DNA from: Lama guanicoe
Lineage: Eukaryota
Direction: 5' to 3'
NCBI GenBank assembly: GCA_013239625.1
Contig: MU055354.1
Location: 620,001 to 684,000 of the forward strand
Length of the DNA stretch: 64,000 nucleotides
Shown here: piece after piece, positions 11,841-23,900 of the stretch
Layout: each line of letters starts with the position of its first letter
How positions within the stretch are numbered: position 1 is the first letter of the stretch
Made by a program: the position numbers and the translations under genes
Notes under the pieces: generated by a model
What the model was told of the DNA's origin: nothing
Database searches by the model: none
What the model saw: only the letters and a program-made list of their open reading frames with translations

Positions 11841-14020
11841 TCCAGAGGTCAGAGGAGCAACTCCTAGCTCCCCACCAAGGGGGCTCTGGCCACACAGGCT
11901 CGGCAGCATCCTGAGGCCCCTGGGGAACCTTGGGCCTCCCAGCCAGATGCCTGGGCAGGAAGCCGTTTTGTCGCCCATGTCCACTTATGTCAAGCCAGAA
12001 CAGTGGCCACCTCTGTAAACCTTTCCCTAATGCCTCTGGCTCTGCTGGCTTGACACTGCCCCAGTGCAGCCTGTCTTCCCCATCAGAGGGGACCTGCAAG
12101 GCAGCAGGAGCCCAATGTCCTCGTCCATCATTTTCCCCAGAGCTAAGGCATTGGGGCTGGACAGAGTTCATGAGTGGGCAAGTGTCTGATTGTCCTGAAT
12201 TGAGAGTAATAATAGTGGTGATCAGAGGGGCTGTCCCTGAGGGGCAGAGGTCTCATTGTCCTGAAGGGGTGAGGAAGGAGCCCCCTTGGCCCCTGTCCCT
12301 GACATCTCCTTGACCTGTTCATTGTCACCCTGTTGACTCAGCCTGAATGGATGGGCCACCGTGTGAGGGAACCAATGGTACTGAGCCAGGCAGGGGCAAC
12401 AGGAAAGATGGGGGAGGGGCTCAATCTTGATTCAGCTGAAAGGCTCCAAGGATACCTGTCTTTCCTGTCGTCTCAGCTCCCTGTTCCAAAGCAGTGATGG
12501 GACGATCACCCCACACCCAAATCACAAATGATGACTCAGTCCAATTAAATGGAACAATCTATGGACTGCCCACCGGGGTGCTAGGCACTAGAGGGAAAGT
12601 TAGGGGAGGGAGAGGAGGAAATGCAGAGTGAAAAACCAAGGGCCTGGTCCAGGAGAGTTCAACCCTGAACAGATAGTCTTCCTGAGTCATGGGGCTAGGA
12701 TGCTGGATCTCACAGGAGACAGAGCTTAGCATCGTCTCCCAGGCCATGAGAGGCTTCATGGGGGTGATGGGGCCTGGAACCATCTGGTTACAGGATACGC
12801 AGGGCCATCTCTTGGGGGGAAGCCCGTACCCTGTCCCTCCTTTCTAAGGGACCTCTTGGTGGGCCAGCCTGGGACCTGTAGCCTTTCCTCCCTTGGAAGC
12901 TGGCTGGGTAATTTGCCCCCTCCTAGAGAGGATTCAGTTGTCACTTCTCCAGGAAGCCTCCCTGGATTGAGATGGGAGCAATGATTAGCTGGGCTGGAGC
13001 AACCCGTTTTTTCAAGCCTGGAGATTTGGCTGTGATCAAGAGGGAACCAGAGTAGAGAGAAAGAACCAGGTGGAAAATGTTGGTGACACTCATAGATGAA
13101 TATTCATAGCTTTCCCCACCCAGAATAAGCTAGGGCAGGGAGGGTCTTATCCTATTCTTAAGGCTCCCCATTCCTATAAGTCTTTCAGATTTCTGTTTGA
13201 GGACTGCTTACAGAGCTCAGGGGAAAGCAGGTCAGCTGGCTGTACCTGGACCCATGCAGGGCCAGAGCCAAGGCTCTTCAGGGTGAAATGGGGGATGGGC
13301 TTCTGTTCTCCCAGACTCCCTTCTTCCCAGCAGGGGCTGACAGAATAGAGTGCCTTTTTGCAATCTCAGCGGTCATCCTTCTGCCTCGGGGTGGGCATCT
13401 CCCCCAGCATACCCATCCCAGCCAGCATTGGGAAGGGGAAGCTGTGGCGAAAGGAAGGGAGCTTAAGAGGGGCTGGGCATAGTTGTGCCATGTGGGCAGG
13501 GATGGTTCCCATGGGGCGCCTGTCCCTCCTTGTTCCTCCCCTTTTCTTTAACTCTGTGCTTCACCTCTTTCCCCATCCAAACTCAGCCCCTTCAACTACA
13601 GTGAGGATGGAGCCTCATGGGGGTATCTTGGGTCCCTGTCTTGGTGCCCCTGCACTTCCTCCTTGGGTTCCTAAGTCTGCATGGATCTTGGTCTTGAGGG
13701 AAAGGTCTGTAGTCATGCTCAGCTCTTGCCAAAAGCCTGGCGAAGGGCAGGAGAGGGCAGAGGTGGGTCTCAGTACTTCAGGGTGGGAAAAGGAGCTCTG
13801 GTCTACTCTGGGGATGGATTCTGTGTTGGATGAGAGATCTGGAAGCCCTAGGACACACCTGACATGTGGTGGGGACTAGATGCTCAGAAAAGTTTTATGG
13901 CATGACTGGTGAGGACCAGAGCTGAAGTAGACAGGAAGGCCGTTAGGCTGTAGAAAGGACTTCCATTCTTGGTGGAGGATGGAGGGGCATGAAAGGCCGT
14001 ATCTTCCTCTGCTGGATCTG

Positions 14021-14039
14021 GAGCGCCCTCTGGTGGTCA
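14021..14039 (-). promoter_or_regulatory. CTCF binding motif (reverse orientation)
   Basis: Reverse complement TGACCACCAGAGGGCGCTC is a near-perfect CTCF core. Confidence 0.75.
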
Positions 14040-14916
14040 CATGGCTTCAGGCCAACGGAAGGGGGGTGGCTGCCTTCCCCACTCTTCTCGGTAGCAACTC
14101 CCATTTGCCTTTCTCAGCCCCCACTCCTCAGACTTGGGACAGAGAATAAGGTGGTGCTTGGGGACTGGCTGCTTCCAGCTTCTGATGAGTTAGTGGCAAA
14201 TAATTCTTTATGCCCTTCTTAAGCTCTGCAGGGATCCTCTTCCTATTCTCTTCAGAGGTTCCCAATTTGAGGGTCAGCGTGGCAGCCATTCTGGAATAGA
14301 TTGAACTCTCCAGCAGCCTGAGCTGTCCTGTAACAGACACACAGACTTGCTGGGAGAAAATGAGCTCCCTGTCTCTAGAGGCAAGTAAGTCCAGTCTGGG
14401 CAGCCACCTAGTAGAACACGGCATCCTAGGGGGAGTTCCATGGACATCCATGGAGGGATGTTGTCACCACAAAGGTCCTTTCCCACCCAGGGTTCTAGTA
14501 TTGTGAGTTAGAGGGTGGGAGGAACTCCCCAAATTCGCAGTGCACAGAAAAATGAGTCAGAGTCTTTGGCGATGTGTTTATCATCCTTATAGAGCTAGGC
14601 CTTGACTCAGGCTTTACTGTAACTGTGTGATGCTGGTCCAGTGGATCAGCAGTCACTCAGGTGCCTCATTTGCAGGGCATGGGGCTATGTGAGGGTCTCC
14701 CCCACCATGGCCAGTTTATAGCCAGCCCACTCCTCCACTATCTCCCTAGCCTTCTACTGCTTCTCTCCCAATGCTGCCTATGGAAAGGCGGCTCCTTCCA
14801 GCCCCTGTCTTCTTTCTTGCAGCAGGAGTGATGGGAGCTAGAAAAGAAGAGCTTCCCAAAGGTAGCCAGTCATCATCTTCTAAAAGGAGAGCATCCTTTC
14901 CAGGGCTGGACGCAAG

Positions 14917-17900
14917 TTAGGCCTGAGTGTCTGGTTCCTCTGCCCTTAGGGGTCCCTGGGCTAAATCCTCATGCTCCCCAGGCACCTGGAGGGCAGGATG
15001 GAGGAGCAAGTGAAGGGGCAGTTCCAGGAGGCTGGAGACCACAGCTCACGGGTGGGCCCCAGAGTGGAATGAGCAGGCAAGGAAGGAAAGAGGTAGGTTG
15101 GATCATAGGAGGTGAGGCAGAGAAGGGAGAGCAGGAGGATGAGAGGTCCCATGAGCCTGAGGAGCTGCAGCTACATCTCACCTCCCAGTAAATCTGGTCC
15201 TCGTAGCATTGGGAGTCTGGCGGGGAGTCCAGGAAGGGCAGCTTCAGCAGGAGCCCTGGTGATGGTAGGAGATAATGTGTGAGGCTTTTTGCTGCCCCCG
15301 TAGCGGGTGTTGCCCCCCAGTACTGTAGGACACAGAGGAGCTGAGAGGCATGAGGTCAGTGTGATGCCTGGCACAGGCGAATCCCAGCGGTATTTATCAA
15401 GCACCTACTATTTGCCAGGCCCTGTGCAAAGTGCTTGATGAGCATTGCCTTCCTGAGTAATCACAGCAACACTGCAAGGTGAATATGATCCCGAATTACA
15501 GAGATGGGACAAAGCTCAGAGAAGTTAAGTAACTTACTCAAGTTTGCACAGTTTGGGGTGGAGGGTATAACTCAGGGGTAGAGTGTGTGCTTAGCATGCA
15601 TGAGGTCCTGGGTTCAATCCCCAGCACCTCCATTAAAAATAAATAAAGGAGCCTAATTACCTCCCCTCTAAAAATAAATAAAAACATTTAATTAAAAAAA
15701 AAGTTTGCACAGTTGGGAATGGACCAAATAGTGGTTCTGTCATGAACTATCCACGAGGGATGCAGAAAGTGTTTATTGAATAAATAAGTAATTATATATT
15801 CTTTTTTTTTTTTGTCAGGGAGGGAGGTAATTAGGTTTGTTTGTTTGTTTGTTTTGGAGGAAGTACTGGCGATTGAACCCAGGACCTTGTGCATGCCAGG
15901 CATGCACTCTACCACTTGAGATATACCCTCCCCCCAAGTAATTAAATAAATGAGTGAATTGAACCTTGTTTGAGAATAAAAATCTCCAGGTGAGAGCAGG
16001 AGGGTAGGGATACTGACTCACATGTTTTATTTTGAAAGCCAAGAGGACTAAGGCCTGCCTGACCTGGCATTGGAGGGCAGGCTGCCTCTGTAGAAGAAGG
16101 TTTTGGTGTTCCAGGCTAGTGGTGAACCAGGCAGGCCCCTTCCCTCCCTGCCTTCCCTCCCTGCCCCTGCCCCTGCCCCTGCCCCTGCCCCCTGCCTCAG
16201 AGAGACCTCTCTGCAGGCCCCTTCAGGGCCTCAACCTGAGGTTGGGCTGCCCTCTAGTGGGTAGAGGGAACAGCACAGGGAAGCCACAGAGGAGAGGGCT
16301 CCATCAGCCCCTGGCCGGCTGCCCACCTTCCCTTAGCACCGAGAGGGAGCAAGTACCCACTTGTTCCTCCTCACCTGGAGGAGGTTACCCCTGAACTCGA
16401 CAACCCCACTCCACACCTGGCACAAAGTGGGCATTCAACAGATATCTGTGAGTAAGTGAATGTCAGAGAGATGGGATCCAAAGTCCCTTCCTCCAGAGAA
16501 ACCCCCTCTTCTGTCTTCTGCCCTCCCTGGAGCTCCTGCCAGCCCCCACCCCAGCCACAGTCACTCACCTCCAAGGCACCCGCCCACAGAGGCAAATATC
16601 AATGTGACAAACAGCCCGAAGAGCTGGTGTATGGCCTGAGACATCGCACTGCGTTGGCCCTCGGCTATGAGCGGAAACACGCTCTCCAGGCTGCAGGGAG
16701 AGAATGGTGTGGGGGACCGAGGGACAGAGCACAGAGCCAGGGCTGGTCAGTGCATCGGTGCACTGCGCTGTATTCTGCAGTGGCCACAAGGGCCTCAAGG
16801 GAGCCTGCCAGGCTGAGTCTCACCTTCCAGCCTTTGCTCTAGTCAGGCCCGCAGCCTGGAACACCCTTCCACCTTGTGTGCCAGCAGACACCCATGTACC
16901 TTTCAAGGTTCGGTGTAAGGGTCACTTCTGCCTGCCCTCTCCTCTGAGCCCTGATGTGCAAAAATCAATCCTAAGGGTCAATATCTCTTACTTGGCCCTT
17001 TAGTAATGACACTATTGAAATCATTTGTTTAATGACCTTCTGCTGAACCTGACTGAGGACCAGGAGAGAAATCCCCGGGTTGGTCTTGTTCACTCCAGTT
17101 TCTTCAGCTGCCAGATAGGGATAGATGGATGATTGAATGGATGAAAACAGACATTGTTTTTTGTTGTTGTTGGTCCACCAAAGGAGGAAGAGAGTGAGGG
17201 AGTTCATTCCAGGGGATAATGATTTCATTGAGGATGGGGGGCGGTGAGGGTGGGGGAACTCACCCATCTCCGTAAGCTTCATGAGTGGCCAGTCCAGCCA
17301 CAAGGACCCCCAGGAGGGCTCCCAGGACCCCAGGCATCCCATGGAGGTTGTGGACACCACATGTGTCTTGGACTTTGATTTTTGACTCAAGGATGGGCTG
17401 GAGGACAGGATACCAATATTGAGTCTCATGTGCCCCCTCCCACCTCAGGCCTGTTGGAGAGGTGGGAGGAAAGGTACAGAAGCCCCCTGTTCTGTCCAGG
17501 GCCCAAGAGGCATCTGTACCGTGAAGAATTTGTACCCCAGGGTGGAGACGGTCCCAGCAAGGAAGCCAGCTGCCAGAGCTCCAAAGGGTGTCAGCATCAT
17601 TTCAGCTGAGGTCCCCACCACAACCCCCCCGGCCAGTGCTGCGTTCTGGACGTGGACCTAAAGAAGAACAAGGCTTGAGAGGCTCTTTCAGAGTGTTACA
17701 CCCACACCCAACCCAACCCCATCCATCACAGTGGCAATGACTGCTTCTGGAAGTCCCTCCACCATCTAACCTCTAACTCTCCTGCTATCTTATCATCACC
17801 TCACACTCTAACCTCACCGTCTCCGGTGCCGATGGAGCCCTCCTCCGCCCGTGCCTATGCCCTTATCTGTTCCCTGGAGAACAGAAGCAGGGTCCACACC

Positions 17901-20900
17901 TCTCCTCCCCATCCCGGTCTATCCCTCTGCCTCTCCCAATGCCTCCTCCCCATACCATGTCCAGCCGCCCATCCTGCCCGACAAGGGCTGACAAGGCAAA
18001 GGTGCTGAGGGTGCTGGCGGTCAAGGAGTAGTACGTGTTGAGAGCTGTCCGATGCTGCCCGTTCCCCAGCGTAGTGGGCACAGAGTTGAAACTAGGCCAG
18101 AAGATCCACAGGAAGATGGTCCCTAAATGGTCGGCAGGCAGGCAGAGTGAGAGGAAGTAAGGGGCTCCCCCACGAGGTGCAAGCTGTGTAACTGCAGGCA
18201 AGTCACCCACTCTCAGCAGCCTCAGTTTCTTCATCTGTAAATTGGGGATAGTAACACCTACCTCCCAGAGTGAGGACTGAGGTGTTGCATACAAAGTGCA
18301 CAGCCTGTGGTCGAGCAGGCACTAAATGTCCAACAAATGGTAGCCATCGAAGGATACTGGCACAAAAGGAAGCTACTTGACTGAAAACCACAGGGGGTTG
18401 AGGGTTTTTTTTTTTAAGTATCAGAAAAGGGAAGAAAAAAAAAGGCAAAAGGCACCACACGTCAGGCACTCATCTGGTACAGATCAGGAAAATCATTTGT
18501 TTTATAACCTCAGCTGCCTCCTGGAGAGGGCGGGCCTTGCCTTGAGCACCGAGAGGTGGGCCTGTGCATCTAGGGTCGGAACTGGGAGCTCCACAAGCCC
18601 CACCTGCCCTGCGAGGCTTCCAGGTCAGTCTCGGAGGGAGAGGGGGAGGGGGCCAAGGATGGGGCAGGGGGAGGCTGGGGACCCGTAGGGTAGGGCCAGC
18701 CTGGCAAGGAGGCTCAAGGGACTGTCCCTTAGTCCTGAGTGCTCCTTGAGTGTGCAGTGTAAATTCTGCATCTCCACAGCCTGCAGTGAAACCCACCCCA
18801 GGCACACAGGCGTCCTCTGAGAAGAGTTTTGGGAGGAATCAAGGAAGGGGCCAGGTTTGCTGGCAGGCAGAGGATATCTGAGAATGTAAGCCTCCTGGGA
18901 AGACACAGAAATCTTGGGGAAGCCTTTGGACTTCAAGCCAAACTTATTTGGGTCTCAGAGGGCAAGGAGACCTCAGCTGACCTAGGGTTCCAAGTGCTCA
19001 ATTTCATAGCAAATTCAGATATGGGCAAGAAATACAAAACCACCTTCTCTTCTTAATGGAAGAATAGGCATTTCAGTCACTACGCAATACTACCTTCGAA
19101 AACATAAAATATCGAATACCTTTCCTGACTCATTTGCTGAGAAAGAGAGAGGAGCAGAGGCCAAGGTGGAGGTACGGGCTTGGAAGAAACAGGTGGTGGT
19201 GACGGTGCTTGCAGGTCAGACCCTACTGCTCCCAGGGCTGACCTGTAACCTCTCCTTCTCCCCCTGAGAGTGCAGGGGCTTCCAGGGAATCCTTAGGAGG
19301 TGGGAGGCAGCACCAGGGACAAAGGCCTGGAGGTAAGAGATGGGGAGAAGCCAGTCTGGCTGGAGTGAGGGTAGGGAGAGTGAGTAGGGAGGGAGGAAGA
19401 GGGTGAGGGATGGCTAAGATTCTGCAGGGGCAGAAGTGTCAGGCTGCGGTGTCTGGTTTCTAACTGTGGGTGGTGGGGGCCCTGGAGGCTTTTAAGCAGA
19501 GATTGATGCCATCAATTTAGAGAGGTCCCTGGGATGGATCTCGGGGCATGCACATACCCCAGTGCTGAATTCTAAGAACCTGTCATAAAACTAAAGAAAG
19601 ATGAGCACAGATCGGGCTCTGACAGAAGAATCTGAGTTGGAAGGGAGTTCCCAGCCAGAGCCCCAAGGACCATAGGTGACACCCCGAGACCAGGCCCGGA
19701 GATGAATAGCCGCCCACCCACCACACCTCCGCAGGCCTCACCAATCATAGCAAAGAGGTCCGAATGGTAGACAGAACCCTGGCGATGCTTGCTCTTCTCC
19801 AGCTGGGGCTTATAGAGGACCCAGGAGAGGACCAGCCCAAAGTAGGCACCAAAAGTGTGGATTGTCATGGAGCCTCCTGCATCCTTCACCTGGGGAGGTG
19901 GAGCTGAGGTGGAGGGGCAGCCCCTTGCCCCCACCCCTACGACATGCCCTTCCTGCTCAGGACCTGGCCCTGGCCCGCCCCCACCCCTCCCTCTACCCCG
20001 ATCCAGACTCACCCGCAGGAGACTAAGGAGCACAAACTCGTTGAGGCCAAACAGCACCACCTCCAGCAGGGCCATGAGCAGCAGCTGAGCAGGCCCAGTC
20101 TTGCCCAGTATGGCACCAAAGGAGATAAGGACAGCTCCAGCACAGAAGTCAGCATTGATCATGCTGGGGGGTCGGGTTGGAGAGGGTAAGAGGGGGCCGG
20201 CAACAAGGGCAGCCCTCGGGGTGGGGGCTGGGGAGGCAACGGGCCTATGGGGCTAAGCTCTTCTCTAGTAGGCGAGAAGGGGCCACCCGGCCTCTTTTGT
20301 GGTTGAGGAAACCCAGTCTCAGAGAGGTTGGAAGAACCAGATCCTGAACCCAGAGATTCCCTGAACCCTGCTCTTTTCCATGAAGCTATCTATTCTCCCA
20401 AGAGCTTTTAGGCACTAAGGGACCTAAAGAAATGGGGAGGTATTGCTGGAGGATGGGAGAAGAAATCAGGCGACAAGAACAGGCAAGGCACCTAAGAGAA
20501 ATCAATCGATAGATCAGAAACCTGGGTGAGAGAGCAGACTTGAAGGACAGGGCTTGAGCTGGGTCCCTTGGGCAGGAGCTTCCCAGGTAGAGCTGGGGGG
20601 AGCCAGGGAGGCTGCTGCTGCCCACCTCTCCACACCAACATAGATGTGGCCGCCATGGAAGGAGTGGAAGAAGCCCTGGACGAGTGTGGACCACTGCAGG
20701 GTGAAGGCGGCCAGGAGGATGGTGAAGCCCACGCTGCTGAAGCCATAGCGCTGCAGGAAGGCCATGAGGAAGCCGAAGCCCACGAAGATCATGGCGTGCA
20801 CGTCCTGGAAGCCTACAGGGAGCATTCGAGGGTGCTGCTCAGGCCACTATCCATCAACCAAAGAGCCACCCTGCCAGTGCCCCCAGCTCTCCCCAGCCAT

Positions 20901-23900
20901 GGCTGCCTAGAGGCTGGAGCCGAGCCTGTAAAACTCCCCAGGCGTGGCGGGGCCTCCCAGCCTGGACCAGCTGTGCAGAACTGGCCAGCTTGCAGCAGTG
21001 GGACCCAAACCATCCTTGCTGTCCCATGTCAAAATAAGACTAGAGCCTTCAACTTTCTTTTCCGCCCCACTCATTTGCCCTATCCATGTGTCTCTGACAA
21101 CCGGGGAAAAGTCCAGCATTTCCTGTGCTCTTTCCTGCAGTAGCCCCTGCCCCTCTGTGCTTGAAATTCTCTTCCCCTTCCAGCTTCTCATTAATTTTTC
21201 CTTTCTGCTGGAAGTCCTTCCTGATGTCTAACCCCCATCCCTCATACGTCAGAATCTGTACCTCTCCATTTTCAGGATTTTACATTTTATAAATTGAATT
21301 ACAAAATAGCTTTAAATAATTAACAGCGATTACTTCAGAGAAAATGAATTGAAGAGGGAGCAGGGCTGCTGTGCTGTACAACTCAGGTGCAAGTAATGCC
21401 CCCTGGAGGTGTGCAACGTGGCCACTCTGGAAAGGAGGATTTTACTCTATAGTTTGTTTCTTTTTATAGTTTAAACATTTTAATTTTATAGGTGAATCAC
21501 TTGAATTTTTTAAAGTATCAGTGGGGTTTCTGGGCAGGTAGATTTGCTTTCCATTCTGTGTACCAAAAACTAGAATAATAAACAGCAATATTGAAAATGA
21601 GATAAATACAAACAACTTCCTTCTGCGTTAGTTTGTTCTGTACCTCTTCCCCCATCTAGTTGTAAATAGGGTTTGAAACACAACCTAGTGTGATGTTCAG
21701 CCGGTGCATCTGGTCCTGTTTCCTTTGTCTTGGGTCTGTGTATCAGTAAGACTATCTTTGGCTTTAATTGAGAAACACTAGAGAAAGAGCATAATGAGTG
21801 TGTTATTGCATTTGTTGTATATAACTTATTGAGAAACAGGGTCAGTCATGACCCTAAACTCTCCTTTCATAGTTCCATGTGAGAAATTTCTCTTGGAATT
21901 TAGTTCTGGGAAATGTTACTTTCCCCAAAGAACTGGTCAGCTTTCCTGAATTCATATGACAGATGTTAACTAAGCAGTCATGCATCAGGCTCCGGGAATG
22001 TAGCTGTCATCAAGGCTGCCACGGTCCCTGCCCTCGTGGAGTGTGGAAGACAGACATCAAAGATGAAAAAATCATATATGTGAGGCTTCCTTGATTCTGA
22101 TGAGAACATGTAACTGAGCAAATTTCCCTTTTTTTTCTTGGCTGCCTGGAAGCTCAGAGCTACTCTGGAATCTCAATTATAAAAACTGAAGGCCTCTCAC
22201 AGTGCTCATTATTTGTCTTCTGCTTCTCTGACTTTTTTTTTTTTGTAAATGACCTCACATCTGTTGTAGAAAGAGGCAGATCATAAAGGAAAAAAAATCA
22301 TGATTACCTTTTTTGTTTAAACTAAATAAGTACCAACAAACCAAAAATTTATTACTGAACTTCAGAATGCAATCAATAACTTTGAGAGAAGCAGTTTTTT
22401 ATACTTTTTTTATGCTGTATATGGGCTGATAGGAAATGAGTTTGCAAGCCCCTGGCAGAGGGTTGGGTGTATGCTAGAACTGGAGGTCTGCAACTCAGCT
22501 GCCAGCCCCAGCAGTCAAGGGGGTGAGGGTCTGGAGGCCTGCTGGCCTTGCTAAATGTTCCCACCACTGTGCCACTTCTCCAGCCCTGCCTGCTCCCCAA
22601 ATCACCCAGATCTCTCTTCCCTCCCAGATCTTAAAACCCAACAGAAAAGGAGAGGCACCTTTTCAAACTCAGCCTGCAGCCTAAGTTCTTTTAGCCTCAC
22701 CGCCTGACTTCTTTCCTCCTTGTGCAAACAATAAAGGGGATGGCAAGTCTGCTCCTTTGCCCAAGGACAGCAAGACAACAAAGAGGGCTGGGTGGCAGGG
22801 CTCTGTGCTCATTTCATGTCGAAACTTCTCCAGAACTTGTCTTAAATGGCAGTAATATTTACATCTACCACCCAGGGGTTTGTTTGGAATCAAAACTCAA
22901 TCCCTTGGCCTTTCACCTGGAGTCTAAACATCACTTGTTCCACTGTGTGGGATGTTCCACACTGACACTCTCCACGGGCTGGTGGGTAAGGGGCTATTCC
23001 AGCTGGAGGCAGAGGCATGGGTAAGATGATTCCTCAACATTGCCTTCAGGGGATCCCAGGGAGAGGGCCAAGATGGAGCCTGTCTCTCATCATGCCCACC
23101 CCCCTCCCCGGGCCCATGCCTCTTTGGTTGGAGACAAGATAAAAGCCCTCCAGAGCTACCTGTCACCCCCGCTCCTTCCCTGACTGCCCCTCCCCAACCC
23201 CACCAGGTGACTCCTGAACAAAGTCAGACTATGGGACAAGGGAACAGTTAAAGCTGGGGCTTTACCATCTGACAGAGCTGGATTTGAATTCCAGCACCAC
23301 CAAACTTCTCACCATGTGACCTTGGATAAGTCACTTAACTAAGTCTGTTTCCTTATTTATAAAGTGGGGGTACAAAATATGAGAAGCAGGAAAAAAAGGA
23401 GCGGTGAGCTGGGGAGAGAGGCCGTCTCCCCCAACCACTCTTCCCTACCTGCCTCTAAAAGGGCCCATAGAGCTGTTTTCTCCTGGAAGAGTCACAAACC
23501 ACTCTCGTCCCAATCACATTCCCCTGTCCCCACCTCTTCCGAGAAGATCTGGGTTCCATCTGTCCTAAATCCCTCCCCCTGCAAGTAAGGTCTCAGAGAT
23601 GTATTCAAAAGAACCTATCCATATTTTTTTCTTAGAAATTATTATTGTTCTAACTGGCTGAGCAGAGAGGGCAAATGTTTGCTTCTGTGTCCCCTGTAAG
23701 CCTGATCTTTTTCCCTAGTCTTTACCCCTCTTTCTTACTTTCCTTCATCTGCCTTGTAGGACAAGAGGTTTGTGACATAGGGGAAAGGCTGCAGATGAGG
23801 AGTCAAGAGACTTGCTTCTAGGCTGGCTAACTTGCTGTGTGATTTTGGGCAATCACATGACCTCTCTGGTTCTCTCTCCAGATCTGAGAGGATTGGACCA

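Noticed and set aside
1-14000. miR-9-1 hairpin or MIR9-1HG/C1orf61 coding exons expected from synteny
   Set aside because: Neither TCTTTGGTTATCTAGCTGTATGA nor its star strand was found, and no ORF resembled CROC-4; the locus is probably left of the window.
19306-19326. REST/RE1-like GGCAGCACCAGGGACAAAGGC (and a half-site near 5977)
   Set aside because: About five mismatches, including the conserved GGACAG position; too weak without binding data.
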